Source of the DNA: Sphyrna mokarran
Lineage: Eukaryota
Direction of reading: 5' to 3'
Assembly: GCA_024679065.1 (NCBI GenBank)
Contig: JAGIQG010000016.1
Span: 36,146,001 to 36,210,000 of the forward strand
Length of the DNA stretch: 64,000 nt
The translations under genes were made by a program, and so were the position numbers. The notes beneath the pieces were generated by a model, which saw only the letters and a list, made by a program, of their open reading frames with translations, searched no databases and had not been told where the DNA came from. How positions within the stretch are numbered: the first letter of the stretch is position 1; each line of letters begins with the position of its first letter. Of the stretch, positions 36,759 through 49,990 are shown piece by piece.

Positions 36759-37620
36759 TACGTACATCAACAATGTGTGTGCATAGCTTGGTAGAAGACA
36801 GTATGTGCGCAGCAGCAGTTTATGGTAAACTGGAGTTGATGGAACGTAGGAGATGAGATTCATTTTAGGAGAGTGTCACGTTTGAGTTTGGCGGCAACAG
36901 CAGTGCGAAAACACAAAAATACCACACTTACTGACTTTTAAAAAATATGAAGTTATTCAGTGAGGCTGTAATGATAGCCAGAAAATTAATTAAATCTGTC
37001 ACTTTCTTTGCCATTTATGTTTTCCTTCCCAGAATTTTATTTTTTCACACTCTGCTCAAGAAATGGAATAAAGGACATACTTGCACACTTGCCAGCAGTT
37101 CTCTGTTGTAAGACTGAGTCTAGACTGTAGACAGTGAGGTTTTGTGGTAGTTTTAATGTATGAGGTACAGAAGTGAAAGCATAATCCTATAAACTTGTAA
37201 AACTGAGGACTGCAAAAGATAAGTTTTGTTTCTCATGCCCACCAGATCATGTGCTGTCTTCGTCGAGCTGAAAAATTCTGAGATCCAATTTTGGAAGAAT
37301 GTCACAAAGCCTTTTACTGGTAATTCTCCCAAGGCGATCAAACAACTCTCGAGATGTCTCTGGTAACTCACAAATGTCGCCCTTACCAATTTTTAAGCAC
37401 TTCCAACAAAAATTGAAAAAAACAGGCATTTTAGCTGACATCTTGAAATTGCAACAGTTTTATACAGAAAATATCCCAGTAAAAAAATGTCCCGGGGACA
37501 GATTGCTTATTTTGTCTTAAAACTAATCAGTTAAAAGGTGTTTGGAACCAGGCGTGAATAGATTTATGCATCTTCCCATTGCTCAGAGGCATATGTTGGG
37601 TTGCAATTAAAGAACTTATT

Positions 37621-37746
37621 GGCCGGAATTTTACTGGCACGCCCGCCCAAGGCTCGTAAAGTCATGCCTGAAGCCAATGGAGAATGCTGTTCTGCAAATC
37701 TCTCCCACCCTGATTTTAAGGCGGGCGTGCTGGTAAAATCAGGGCC
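37621..37746. mobile_element. 126-bp MITE with long TIRs and 3-bp TSD
   Basis: ATT|GGCCGGAATTTTACTGGCACGCCCGCC...GGCGGGCGTGCTGGTAAAATCAGGGCC|ATT. Confidence 0.85.
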
Positions 37747-37749
37747 ATT

Positions 37750-38100
37750 GATTTAAAAATTCCCACTTTTGCTTCCAAACTCATCCATAGCTTTACCCTC
37801 TAGCTCTGTAATCTCCTCCAACCCTACAGCCCAATAAGATGCCTGTGCCCCTTCAATCCTGGCTTCTTGTGTGTTCCCAATTTTAGTTGCTTCAGCATTG
37901 GTGTCCATAGCTTCAACTGCCAAGCATCTCAAAACCCTGAAATTTCTTCCTTAAACAATTCTGCCTCCCTGCCTTTTCTCTTTACTATAGAATCTACTTC
38001 TCACCCTCATTTGGCCTAATGTCTCCTTATGCAATAAGTTTTATTTGGTAACAGCTATGTAACATTTTACTGTTGAAGCTGCTATACAAATAAAAGTTGT
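37750..38100 (+). mobile_element. L2 LINE 3' end
   Basis: TTTAAAAATTC...CTCTGTAATCTCCTCCAACCCTACA...GCTATACAAATAAAAGTTGT; matches the reverse complement of 51070-51430. Confidence 0.75.
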
Positions 38101-41100
38101 GTAACATAGCAAGGAAAAACTGCAAATGCTGAATATGATCTGGGAAACCTTCTGTGTTCAATGTCTGTCAATCACTATTTGTTACTGTGACACCAAGGAG
38201 GCCAGAAAAATTTCCCAAAGGGAATTTTGGTTTGCGCGTTCTTCCAGTTCCATGTAAGAAGAAATGAACATGTGAAAGCTGTGTGAGGTGGCTTAATTTT
38301 GGATATTTTTGTCCTATTCTGGGATGCTAGTCCAAGTTCATTGATGTTTGCAAGGCATTGCATATTTCCTTTGTTTTATAACCGGAAGTGGTGAGTGTTT
38401 ATCTGAGGTAATTAATGAATTTTGCTATTCCAATTTCTGCAGCTTTTTTTTTACTTCATTAAAAACCATGATTCATAGACTGAAGTCCAAATTATATAAT
38501 CTAACATTATTATTCGGTTATTGTGAAGATGTGGGTACACTTGTAAGGTTTCCAGGGAGGATATTACAACTGGGGCATTTTTAAACCCTGAACAGTTGTA
38601 ACTTATCAGCTGTTGTGTATATAACACTACATTTCAGTTCATAGGGAGGATAAGAGAAAAAATGGCATAACCCAAAAATTGCAGCAGATCCCGAATGCAG
38701 TAACAATATAGCAAGTGAAACAGACTACTTTTATTGACCAGTCCTCACAACCCTGTCAAGAAGCGCGGAGATCACTTGTGCCTCAAATCACTTGCCAAAA
38801 ATAAATTATCACATGTTCTGGGTATAAAATCTGGGGCCATTCTGCTTTCTATAATTTTCTTTTATACTACGAGATGTATTTATTCAGTGAGGCATTGGGA
38901 AAGAGTGTGGCTGGCTCCTCATTATTAAAAGCTCTGGGATGGTTTAATTTGCAGGAAAATTGGCAAAACAATTATACAAAGGATTTTGGGTCTCGAACAG
39001 AAAAATGATGTTTAGAGGGTTAAATTGTGGCTTAATATTGCCTAGTTTCTTGGGCTTATATGGTGTGATTTTTATTTTAGTGGAAAGGACTTCTCAGTAA
39101 AATGTGCCAGCGTGCTAAAAGCAGTACTTGTCTCCAGCTTGTGAATGTGGGCATCTGTGAACAGAATATCTCATCTGGTGAAGCTCTGTGATAAAACTTG
39201 ACACAAATCATCTTGACTTGGCTCGAAGACCATTGATTTTTGTTCATAAGTCAAAGACCCAGACGGTGCAGCTTAACAAAAGCTTTAAAGTATCCGTGCA
39301 GATGTAACCAATCACAAGAAGGTTCAGTAGTTAACATACAACAACTAATGAACACTCTGGGGTCCAGACACAAATAAACAAACCACAATGTGAAGTGGTG
39401 CATTTTCAGAGCTATGTTCTGAAATTGTTACTATTGATAGATTATTACTTTGGCACGAACCCAACATTTAAAATAACTGAATGAAATAAAGTGATCAGGG
39501 AACGCTCCATAGCCTGTTTCTCTTAGGAAGCAGTAAGTCCAAACATGCTTCAGTGTTGTCATTAGGCTTATTTATTGTATTGGTTCAGTGCACTAATAGG
39601 TGGGGGTGGGGTAGATGACGGTATTACACTCTAACCAATAGATTTTAATGGAGTACAATAGGCTTCTTATGTAATTCAGTTCATTAGTCATCTCAAATTG
39701 CCCTCTGTGCTACCTCGACCATCAGTAACAGACCTGTAGCCACAAGTACTTTAGCCTAGTATTATATGGAACAAATTGCTATTTCTGTACAGAATCCAAA
39801 TACAGAAGGACAAAAAGGTCATCTTCAACTTGCCTCTGGTGCGTGAAATCAGTGTTGCGGGTAGTGTGGCTGTTTTTCCATTGAAAGCAGAATTGGACTG
39901 TTACTAGAAAGAGCACCCGAATTGCAATACCAGTCTCAGTCCTTAGTGAAAAGTTGAAATTTACCCTGGAGGTTTGTAATTGAGCCATCAGGGTTTTCTT
40001 TTGAAGTTGTCAGTGGGTATTGTTTGCAAATTTCACCCACTCCTTTTACACTTCACTGAAAATAAAAGCGTACAAAGCCCTGGTGTAGAAATGTCACCAG
40101 TAATAACACTGCTAAGTGCTTATCCAGATAAGTGTAAGCCAGGTGAGTTCCTATATTAATAATGACATCCCTCTTGGTTATAGTTATCTAGGAAGATCAC
40201 TCACAAGACGTAAGCTGTTCAAATTGTGAAATTATTTACATTATCAATATTAGCATATCTGTGTCATTCAAAACTATTAGTGCTTTAATCTGATTGTCTT
40301 TAATTAAATGTAAATGAAAAACAATTATGTCTAAATTTATTGGCCTCTTAAAACCAGGGCAAGTGAATGTTTTGTTGGCATGTTTGTGCACAGTGAGGCA
40401 TAATTGTATTAATTTGGCAAGAAGAGCTGTTTTAAGTCGAGCCCTTTACCTGAAAGTGAATGTTTTTAAAAAGCTGGAACTACAGTACAATGATGGAAAT
40501 ATAGGCTGATAAAAATGTGCAATGTAAAGGGAGGATTTCCTCTGGCCACTATTGATAATGGAATTATGAGTGGATTTCTAAACGAACAAGTCTGTGAAAA
40601 TAGCCAATAGATAAGATATTCTTCCCGCTACACTTTTCTGGATGCTGATTATTTCACTTAATTTTTGGAGCTATTCAAATTGGTTCCATGGTGCTTTCAG
40701 AGAGAAAATAGGAGCAGGAATAGGCCATTTGGCCCTTCAAGAATGCTCTGCCATTTAGTATGCCTAAATTACATAATGAATTCAGTATTATACACCATTA
40801 GCTCCTGTTTTAATATTTCCTTGTCTTACATTACTTTGATGGCCAAACCTTGCAAAGATTTTGATGCTACTTTGCCATGTTTGTCCTGTCATCCAACATT
40901 TGCAGAATAATTTCTCACTGGTTCCAATGAAATGGTCAGCATCCCCAGCCATTCACCCACCTCATTGCTTCCTTATAATAGAGATATAATAGTACTGAGG
41001 CGTGAATAGATATTAGCAATTAGCGATTAACACTTGGGCAAAGCAATGAGGATGCCGTTGCAAGGTAGTTTTGAATCACGTTAATAGTTGATGCAAAGCA

Positions 41101-41334
41101 AAAATTGCAGAGAAGCTTGAAGTCTGTACAGTGATCAGGTAGGGGACTTATAAAACATTCTGATGTTAGAGAGTTGACAGAGCAACTTGCTAATTGTGAA
41201 CATGAAGTGTAACCCAAATTCAGATGTCACTAAGCAGAGCTCTACCAGAGGGCGACACAGAGCCAGCAGTCTAACTACAAATTGCCTCTCACCAAGTGTC
41301 AAATGACTACCTGTTCTAATATATTTTGTTTTCA

Positions 41335-41765
41335 TGATACTCTGAACTAGAAATTCTGGGTTCATGTCCCATTACGGGACTTGAACACACAATCTGGGTG
41401 AACACGTCAGTGCAATACCTTAGGAGTGAAAAGTTGGAAAGATGTCACCATTCAAATGCAAGACTGAAATGTGGATCCATCAGTTTGTCCATGTTATTGT
41501 AAGAGGTCATGGACCAATTTCTTTGGAAAAATGTAGAGCTTTTCCTTGGAGCCCAGGTCAATACTTGCCTTTCAATCATCAGCATGGATTATTAGTAAAA
41601 GGCAATTAATTGATCATTTATCCCAGTGGTTTTTATATGATCTTGTTATGTGTATGTATATGGCTGCAAAAGAATGGTGACTAAGTTTCAAAAGCAATTA
41701 CTTGGTCATGTAGCACTTTGAAAAACCCTGAGAGTAGAAAATGTGCCATTTAAATCCAAATTCAT
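41335..41765 (+). mobile_element. Deu-domain SINE, decayed
   Basis: GGGTTCATGTCCC...GACTTGAACACACAATCT head; ending GTGACTAAGTTTCAAAAG...GCACTTTG. Confidence 0.7.
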
Positions 41766-42751
41766 TCTCCCTTTACTAGGAAGTAGAAGAAAATTACTTA
41801 ATCATTCCTCGGTCATTGTGCTTCTCATGCATGTTGTGAACAAAAATTCTGAACTATAAAGTAAGTCATTAGCTGGTGGAGTATATTTGTCAGAGTAAAA
41901 AAGAATCGCGATTTTCATTAATCTAATTGGTTTTATGTCAGTAGTACATCAGTTTTAAGTGGTTGATTAGGCTGTCAGTCCCAAGCATTTGCAGATACAG
42001 TGTTTGCCTGGTAATTTATGTTTGATTGTTTAATTCTTTAAAGAACAGTTTTAGAATGAGATTGTTCTACAATTTATGTGGAATAAAGAGGTCTGTCAGA
42101 CAAGAAAAATCTCCTCCAATGCAGTCTGAACAGTAGAGAAAAATGGCCTCGTGATTTAAATTTTGCTTTTAAAAAAATAAAAAAAAAGTCTGTCATTAAT
42201 TTCTGATGATGTGCCTGTTATTTCACCAGGAAGGTTTTTTAGAAAATCATTTATTTTTAAAACACTGCTACTTTTAAGATGATAAATGAGGTGACCAAAC
42301 AAAACATTTTTTTAGCTGCTACTTGTTGAACTTGATAATTCCCTTCCCCTCACACCATTATAAGTGGGAGTCTTATTGTTGTTGTATATCCTGTCCTTCT
42401 GTCTGACAATTTGTCTTTAAAATGTAGCTTACCACTCCATTAAGTTCAAACTGCTTCACCAGACTTTAAACAAACTTATAGCGGTAGAAGAGAATTTAAA
42501 TCATTGTGCTCCTGGAAACAGAATCTCTCCTTCCACCTATTCATCCACGAGAGCCAACATATCACCTTAATAACATAATGGATTAAAAGTAGTTTATCAG
42601 ATTCTGCCCAGACTTCCAAAGTCCACAAGAATACTGCATTCCAATGAAATAAAAAAGACACCAGTAGCCATAGCTTTTATCTTGTTTGCTGTAGACGTTG
42701 ATACATCACCTCATTACTAGTTTTCTCAAATCTTGGCCCTTTTTCACCATA

Positions 42752-42937
42752 AGTTTAAGTTTATTTATTAGTGTCACAGGTAGACTCAAATTAACACTGC
42801 AATGAAGTTACTGTGAAAATCCCCCAGTTGCCACACCCTGGCACCTGTTCGGGTACACTGAGGGAGAATATGCCATGGTTAATGCACCTAAATGGCACAT
42901 CTTTTGGATTGTGGGAGCACTCAGAGGAAACCCATGC
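42752..42937 (-). mobile_element. V-SINE, tail B, 5'-truncated
   Basis: TTAACACTGCAATGAAGTTACTGTGAAAATCCCC...GGGTACACTGAGGGAGAA. Confidence 0.9.
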
Positions 42938-42949
42938 GCAAGTATTTGG

Positions 42950-43105
42950 TCACTGAATTGCATTGCTGTTTATGAGAGTTTACAGACACAGAATCAGCTG
43001 TCACATTTGTTTACACCGCAACAATAACAATGTTCCAAAAAAGTAAATCATTGAGAAGCATGTTGAAGTGTTTTGACAATGCAATAATGCTGTACATAAA
43101 TACAA
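42950..43105 (+). mobile_element. Deu-domain SINE 3' fragment
   Basis: CATTGCTGTTTATGAGAG...TTCCAAAAAAGTAAATCATTG...CATAAATACAA, colinear with the 3' part of 56378-56790. Confidence 0.55.
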
Positions 43106-43264
43106 TTTTTTTTTACCAAATGTTTTACCAAAATCCATTCATTTCAACAGGTCTGAGTCTCACATGAAGGACTTTATGTCAATTAAATGCAAGTACAAAT
43201 GCAGACTTGAACTAAAAAGCATTTTTCTGAACTTCCCATTCTTTTCAACTCCTTAAATATATAT

Positions 43265-43388
43265 CTGGGAACCCTACTACTCCACCTACCATGGAATCGG
43301 AATGAGCAAGGAGCAAACAACAGAAATGTCCATTGACCTTGGGTCAGAATTTCCGTTCTCGCTTGAGTGAGACTGTAAAATCCCACCC
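43265..43388. mobile_element. Short MITE
   Basis: CATTGACCTTGGGTCAGAATTTCC...GTAAAATCCCACCC; inverted relative of 26398-26524. Confidence 0.6.
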
Positions 43389-45160
43389 ATAGAGTTTGAT
43401 GTTCAGCTCAAAGCCAATGTTGCAATCCTTGTGTTCAGCATAGGTGAAGAGTCAACAGGGTGGTATAAGCAGGTACTAGGTACAGAACTGAATTCGGTAT
43501 TTTTGGCCATTTTGGGCACTGTCTTTTGATTTTGTCTTACCTTTTTGAACAACCTCTGAAAGCACAATGACTTTGAATAACCTTTTGAATTGCATCCAGT
43601 TGGCAAAAGGGCTGATAAAATTGTGTTTATTTATTTATCCATCTTTTAAGTTAATTTTTGATTATGCGCAAAACAATAAAAAAACATAGTTAAAAAAACA
43701 GTGCACAGAAGTAACAATAACACCGAAGAGGCAAACCATATATCAAACTTAAAGGAAGGTCAGACAAATTATTGGTAGACTGGGTCTAGCAATTGCACTA
43801 CAAATAGACCCTCTGAGCAAATTGTGCAATAATGAGGAAAATATCATGCTACATATCCAGGGAATTGGGATTTGTAGGAGTAATTGCAAATGACCAAAAC
43901 AAGTAGATTGCTGCAAGGGGAAAGGACTAACAAAGAAAAAAATAGACAGGGGGATTAAATAAACAGATGCATAATAATAATAATTACGGATTAAAAGCCT
44001 ATATTAGGTAAAAAGAAAGAACAAATGATCAAGTGACCATGAGTTACTGAGACAGCAATTAGACAGATGATAAACCAAAGCACCTCAAGCATTCAATCAA
44101 AAATCCTGTTATTGGTCAACCTGACCAGGGAAAGGCATGGGGTAGATACATGGGATTCCTTCTAACATATTTATGCAGAAACAACAGCAAAGGTCTGTGT
44201 AAAGTAAAAGAGGGATAGATGAGAAATATGTTGAAGTGCATTTGTGTAAAGGAAATCAACTAAGGTATTTGAATAGTATAAATGTGGCATACATTGTGAG
44301 AAGAACTTCCAATGTAGAAAACAATTCTTTGTGAACCCCTGAAAAAGTGTTCTTTTTAATGATTCTCCAATTGAATGTCAGAGAAAGTAATTTTAAATGG
44401 AAGTTTCCAGAAAAAAATTTCAACAAATAATAATCTTTCATGCCTACTTACTACTGTTTTGATTTGAACAGGTTCTCAGCGTATTACCCAGGCATAATTC
44501 ATTGTTATATTTGTCCATCATAGAAACAACCAATGCAATTTTGAAATCAGACAACTTCTTTATCTGGCAACCAATCCATGACATATACTGGGTGTGTGTA
44601 ATAGAAATCCATTCAATCCTGATTAAAGTCGCTCAATCTCCTTTCCAAGTTGAGGCAATACCATCTTGTGAGGTACTTGCCTTTAGTACGGAAACCAGTC
44701 ATTGGAAATGGGCAGCAATTTAATCTCTGTCCAATGAGAAATGGAGAATGCTTAAAGGAAAGGCCCATACCAGAATGAGAAAGAAAAACCTGGGTGAACT
44801 CATGGTGCTGGTTCATTATTACTCCTGTTTGAAACCTGATTTAGAGCATCTCTGCTTTAGAACCTGCCTAACCATTGTGGAGAAAAGTGCACAGAGCACA
44901 TTTTTTGGAGATCCTACACAGCTGGAAAGTTCTCCCATGCTGCTAGCAAATGTCAACAAGTTGCGAGTACCCAACCTGCGATCACACCACCTGCAATTTT
45001 CCGACATTCACTGGCTAAGGACATTACATCCCAAGTAGATATATGTGTTTCTTTGCAAGTCAAAATAATTTATATTGCTATATGATTTCTGGATTTTATG
45101 ATTTTATCACAGCTGGGAAAATTAACTCTGGACAGGCAAAGCACCCAGTTTTTCAATATT

Positions 45161-45345
45161 AGAGTCAGCTTGACTTGGTGCATGCTACATTGGTCCCTAA
45201 GTCAACTCCACAATTCACTCCATTTCTTGAGCACAATCTAGGGTGACACTTTCATGAAGTACTGAAGGTGTGATGTGTTGTCATAGGCACTAACTTTTGG
45301 TTACTAAAAGACTGCCTGTTTGTTCAGGTGCACATACAAAAATCA
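45161..45345 (+). mobile_element. Deu-domain SINE 5' fragment
   Basis: GTCAGCTTGACT...CTTGAGCACAATCTAGGGTGACACT...GTACTGAAGG...TCAGGTG. Confidence 0.6.
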
Positions 45346-45858
45346 CCGTGCCGTAAAATACATATCGTACAGGGGGCAATTCTGTCCCTTAGTTCAATGC
45401 TAGCTTTCTGAGGTCAACTCAGTTAGTCCTACTACGATGCCTTTTCTTTGGAGCCCAGCAAATTATTTCACTTCAGGTATTTATCCAGTCCCCCTTTGTA
45501 ATCCATTGTTGAACCTGCCTCAACCACACTCTGAGGCATTGCGTTCCAGCTCACATTCATTCAGTGTATAAAAATGTTGTTCCACATGTGTTGTTTACTT
45601 CTGCCAATTACCTGAAATTGATGACCTCTCATTCTTCAATATACACTCTGTGCATAACCAGTAAGCCATATAGTATCACAATGGCAAGTGTTTGAAGTGC
45701 TCGTAGAAAAAGAAAGTTTAAAAAAACTTTGAAAAAGAAACTGTTGCTCGTACAATCTTATGAAAGTATCAATCATACCCAACAATTCATAGCATCGACA
45801 AAATAAGTTTTACCCCATATCAATGCTTGATTTGTCCAAATGAATGTACAGACATTAA

Positions 45859-45965
45859 GGCTGGAATTTTACTTCCGACCCCCAGCTGCAGCTCGCAGAA
45901 TGGAATTCTCCGTTGGCCTTGGGATTTTATGAGCTTCGTCTGAACAAGGTAACAAAATACTGGCT
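45859..45965. mobile_element. Short MITE
   Basis: GGCTGGAATTTTAC...AAAATACTGGC; interior is an inverted relative of 37621-37746. Confidence 0.6.
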
Positions 45966-46055
45966 AAAAGCACCACATTCAAAGGAAAAAAATACAATCT
46001 CATAAAAGAATCAAATAAAGCTAACCCTCCTTCTCAAGGTATTTAAACAGCTGAG

Positions 46056-46195
46056 TTGATTCCATTAGTGAGTTTTGGAACTCAGCCAAGCATTCATAAT
46101 GAACCATATCCAGTCATCTGTTTCCATTGATAAAATTGTTAGATGGCTTCATTGTGAATTTTTGCCTGAGTTCCAATGCTCATTAATGGAATCAA
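46056..46195. repeat. Long inverted repeat (hairpin), ~52-bp arms
   Basis: TTGATTCCATTAGTGAGTTTTGGAACTCAGCCAAGCATTCATAATGAA is mirrored by TTCATTGTGAATTTTTGCCTGAGTTCCAATGCTCATTAATGGAATCAA. Confidence 0.88.
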
Positions 46196-46721
46196 TTAAC
46201 AAGGGGTCTGTTTCCATAGATTGTGGCAGTAAGGTGTGGTAGTTGGAGACCAGGTTATATTGAGATTGGTGGAGATCATTGTGTGGTTAATGCACATCAG
46301 TGGACTCCCCATTGATTCACAGTCCTCAAGTCAAGAAGGAGAATCAGTTCCATGGTGTTGACCAAATCTTCACTGGCCTTCTATCAGCAGGTCACTTCAG
46401 GCTGACAGGATGGGTTACATGTGCCCAGCGTTTTTTGATGTTGTGGTGGAGACGGAGGTGAAATAGCTGAGGCTGGCCTAGGACCAGACATAGCAATGGG
46501 CAGACGGACAGCAAGGGGTTGCAGCAGAAGGCTCAGGATGTTGGCAAACAGGAGCCAGTGCGATACTGAGCAATGATGCACAATCAAATATACTGCATGC
46601 TGAGTAAATGTCTGCGAATGTTAAAGAAAACTGAGGATGTTATGACGGTCAGTAACTGACCTGTTAAGTTCCTACAGGAATATATTCAGTCATGGGGAAT
46701 AGAAAGCAATCCTTTGCCAAT

Positions 46722-46974
46722 ACAGGAGAGAGATTTGAAAGGGTCCAGAAAGGGGCAATTTTTTCATTCACAGTGTGATGACTGTCTGGAACAAGCTGCT
46801 GGAGGCAGTAGTAGTGGCGGCTACAATATTATCTTTAAAAAAGCATTTAGACAGTTACATGGGTAAGATGGGTTGCAACAGCAATTGGGATTAGCTTAGC
46901 GGTAAAAAAACTGGGCGGCATGGACAAATTGGGCCAAAAGGCCTGTTTCCATGCTGTAAACCTCTAAAACTCTA
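46722..46974 (+). mobile_element. HER1-like CR1 LINE 3' end
   Basis: GTCTGGAACAAGCTGCTGGAG (VWNKLLE), TTTAAAAAAGCATTTAGAC, tail GGGCCAAAAGGCCTGTTTCCATGCTGTAAACCTCTA. Confidence 0.85.
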
Positions 46975-47009
46975 CAACAAACAGCCTTAATATTCACCAT
47001 GGCCTTAGA

Positions 47010-47620
47010 TTTTAAGCCAGCAGGTCATCCCAGAGTTATGTGAAGAAGTCAGCCTCACACAGGAAGTTCACCAATGCTATGTCCAATAAGGCTGATGATT
47101 TTGTGAGATTCACACAGATTCTGAGAGCTCCTGCATTCAGCTCCATAGCTGTTGGATTCAGCTCCATACCTGGATTTCCCCAGTCTGCATATGGCAGTAA
47201 GACGTCCTGGGCACATCTATCAGCTTTCGTAAACTAAAAAGGGGTTTCATTCCATCAGTGTGCAGCTGGTTTGTGACCATCAAAAAAATGAATGCTGCAA
47301 CTGTGTGCTTGCCTCTCAAGATGCTCTGAGGATTTGAACATTCGCAGTCACTCTTGAGTAGCTTTAAGGATGGGTGAAAATATCCTCAGAAGACCTGTGC
47401 AGACATGATGCACCGGTGCAGGGCCCACAAAACAGAGGAGAAATTCAGTATTGCCTCCACCTCAACAAGAGCAACACTAGGGACTGCTGAAGAAGGGGTT
47501 TAATTGGCTGGACAGCTCAATTGGGGCACTGCAGAGCACATCTAGAACTTTGTAGTCAGCTGCACCCTACCCAATTTCTGTGCAACAAAAACGTGAGGAA
47601 ATTCCAGCTGGAGATGAAGG
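47010..47620 (+). pseudogene. PIF/Harbinger (HARBI1-like DDE) transposase relic
   Basis: GFSSIPGFPQ, then AFVN*K and frameshifted GFHSISVQLVCDH, matching Harbinger motifs IAGFPxV and NRKGFHSINVQxVCD. Confidence 0.82.
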
Positions 47621-48667
47621 AGTCAGAAGGGGACAGAGCTGAAGACCATGGGGTGATTCATGGTGCTACTGTAGCTTCAGGTATTAGGACAATGGTGTGG
47701 CACAATCAGTCAATCCTTATTTAATCCCGATTTCAGCAGAGTGAGACCTCTACGAGATCTCTTGATTTCTGTCTGAAGGAGTGATGCTGTGGAAGTGCCG
47801 CCAGATTGGTAAACTCCTAGACAAACCTAGAGGTCCACAGCTCTGTTACCTGGAAGGGAGAAGACTGCAGGGCTTTGCATGATCAAGTCCATCTACATGG
47901 TCACATTTGAGACATGCGCACTTGCGATTTGGAAGGAGGTCACACATGATGCAGGAACGCTCCAATCCTGGCATGGCCTCAAAAACTTTCTGCATTCACC
48001 TAGTAAATATGGGATGCCTCAGCTTCATATACTGTTGAGACATCAGCTTCTGAGGGGTGATAATGTGCTGAGCAACATATATTAGTTTTGCTAGCGAGGT
48101 GCCAATTCCCTGACCTAATAAAGTTAGACAAACATGAAGTCACCATGTGTCAAGAAGCTCAGATATGTGACTATTGAATTAAGTGTCAGCCTTTACAAGA
48201 GCCCAACGTAATCTTTTAACAAAATGCTCAAAATGATATATTTATACAAAAACATACAAGTTCAGACAATAATTGGGCATCCATGTCACCTTTGTATCTT
48301 TGCAAAATTTTTTACTTACAAATCCACTACCTCTTGATGCAACCCCAACATCCCCAACTATATTGGAGGCAGCATGCTCAGTGCTGTACTCCATTGCCTG
48401 AGATGATCCTGGCAGCTGTTCTCTCATGTGTTGGAGCCTAGAAGTCCCTAGCCTGCTGAGAGTCTCCTGCGTAGATCAAGTGTATCCTCCTTAACATTCA
48501 CTATTGTAGGCACTGGGGTCACTGGCAGAGGGAAGGAAGAGCAGCTTCTTGTAGCATCTTGAGGTGGACACCCATGAGATGGATTGCTTTAGTTCCTCTT
48601 TCCTCTTTCAGTGCACGATGGTACTCCCCTAAATCTGGAGGAAAACGAACACCGGGATCAAGGTGTC

Positions 48668-48906
48668 TTGGACTGTACCCTCTATATATGCATATAGTTC
48701 TGTGTAATCAATAAACAGTTAATGTTCAACGTCACAAGCCGCAGAACCTCTTAATGAGGCCTACTAAATATATATAGCAGATAATATGGCGGCAGCTCCT
48801 AGTTTGGACAATACCCTGTGTATGTATATCATTATGTATTACGAATAAACAGTTAATGGTTCAAAATCTCTTCATGAGAGACATACTAAATATAAAACAC
48901 ACAACA
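48668..48906 (+). repeat. Two diverged ~105-120-bp direct repeats, LTR-like
   Basis: TTGGAC..TACCCT..AATAAACAGTTAATG..TACTAAATATA occurs twice; the first copy is followed by TGGCGGCAG, the second ends ACAACA. Confidence 0.6.
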
Positions 48907-49584
48907 GTGTTAAAAACCAAGCCTTGTCTTCTCTTCAGAGTTCAGTATGAGGATGAAAGGGATACTGCTCCCAGTCTTTGAGCACTCTCTGGCATTATGT
49001 ACTCTTTCACCCTGAAAACAGACATGATCTCCTGCTTTCATTGGTGCAAATCAGGACCTCTCCTATTTCCGGATGGCCTGGAAGAGAACAGTGAGGTAAC
49101 TTTTCCATGATGAGAGATGTATCCACTTTTAGAATGAGGTGACAGCAGGTGACTAGGATCGAGAGATAAGAGGAGTTGTGGCTCCAAGAATCTAAGTGGG
49201 GGGAGAAGCGGATGGTTGGCAGCATTTCCAGCTCAAATTCATCCTCTTAAACAGAATGATGATGTGTGTCTGTGTGCTGTTTAAATATGGCATACAGATG
49301 TTTGACCACATGAGGTAATAGCAGCTGTTTTGAAATCTGCCCAACCTTCTCATGCAGTTGGCTGGGCTCCTCAATGCTGCACAGCTAATTGGTTGGCCAC
49401 TGTATAATTGTGTGTCACAACTTATCCTGCCTCTAAGCATAAGTCTCACTCATTATTTGGCATTGATATGATTAAACGCAGCAATTACATGAACATGAGG
49501 AAGGACAGAATTACATTTAGTTACATATACTGAGACATCTTTGGAGTCTTGGAAGGGGAAAATGTCTTCATCATATTCTAACCT

Positions 49585-49990
49585 ACACCAAGTCCCATTC
49601 ACCCATTACATTCTGAATGATATTGGCTTTCAGTCAACCCACCTACACAATTTTAAAAGCCTTCTCCTTGTGTTCAGATCTCTCAATGGTTTTGTCCATT
49701 CCTGTTCAGCCGTACTCAAACGTGTGTGCCTCCCATTATGTGTAACTCCTTTCATTTCACCATTGGTGGCTGTGTTCTTTGACTGTCTTGTCCCTAACTG
49801 CTGAAGTTCACTCCTTAAACTCCTCTATCTCTCAATCTCATTCCAAAAAGACCATCCTTAAATGCCACGTCTTTGATCAAGCATTTCGTTACCTACCCTA
49901 ATATTTTCTCCTTTTCTCCATTTTCAATTTTAATGCGCTCTAGTGTTATTTTCTAATGTTAAAGGCACCATCTAAATATATTGCTGTTGA
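49585..49990 (+). mobile_element. L2 LINE 3' end, decayed
   Basis: CCCATTCACCC...TTTTAAAA..CTCCTTGTGTTCAGATC...TTTGATCAAGCATT...GTTAAAGGCACCAT. Confidence 0.65.

Noticed and set aside
37246-37320. Possible small exon (pyrimidine tract-CAG ... GTAATT) with an open frame SCAVFVELKNSEIQFWKNVTKPFT
   Set aside because: Peptide not recognised and no partner exons; would need RNA-seq or tBLASTn support.
43620-45050. A-rich stretch suggestive of an old LINE
   Set aside because: No diagnostic motif could be translated; left unassigned.
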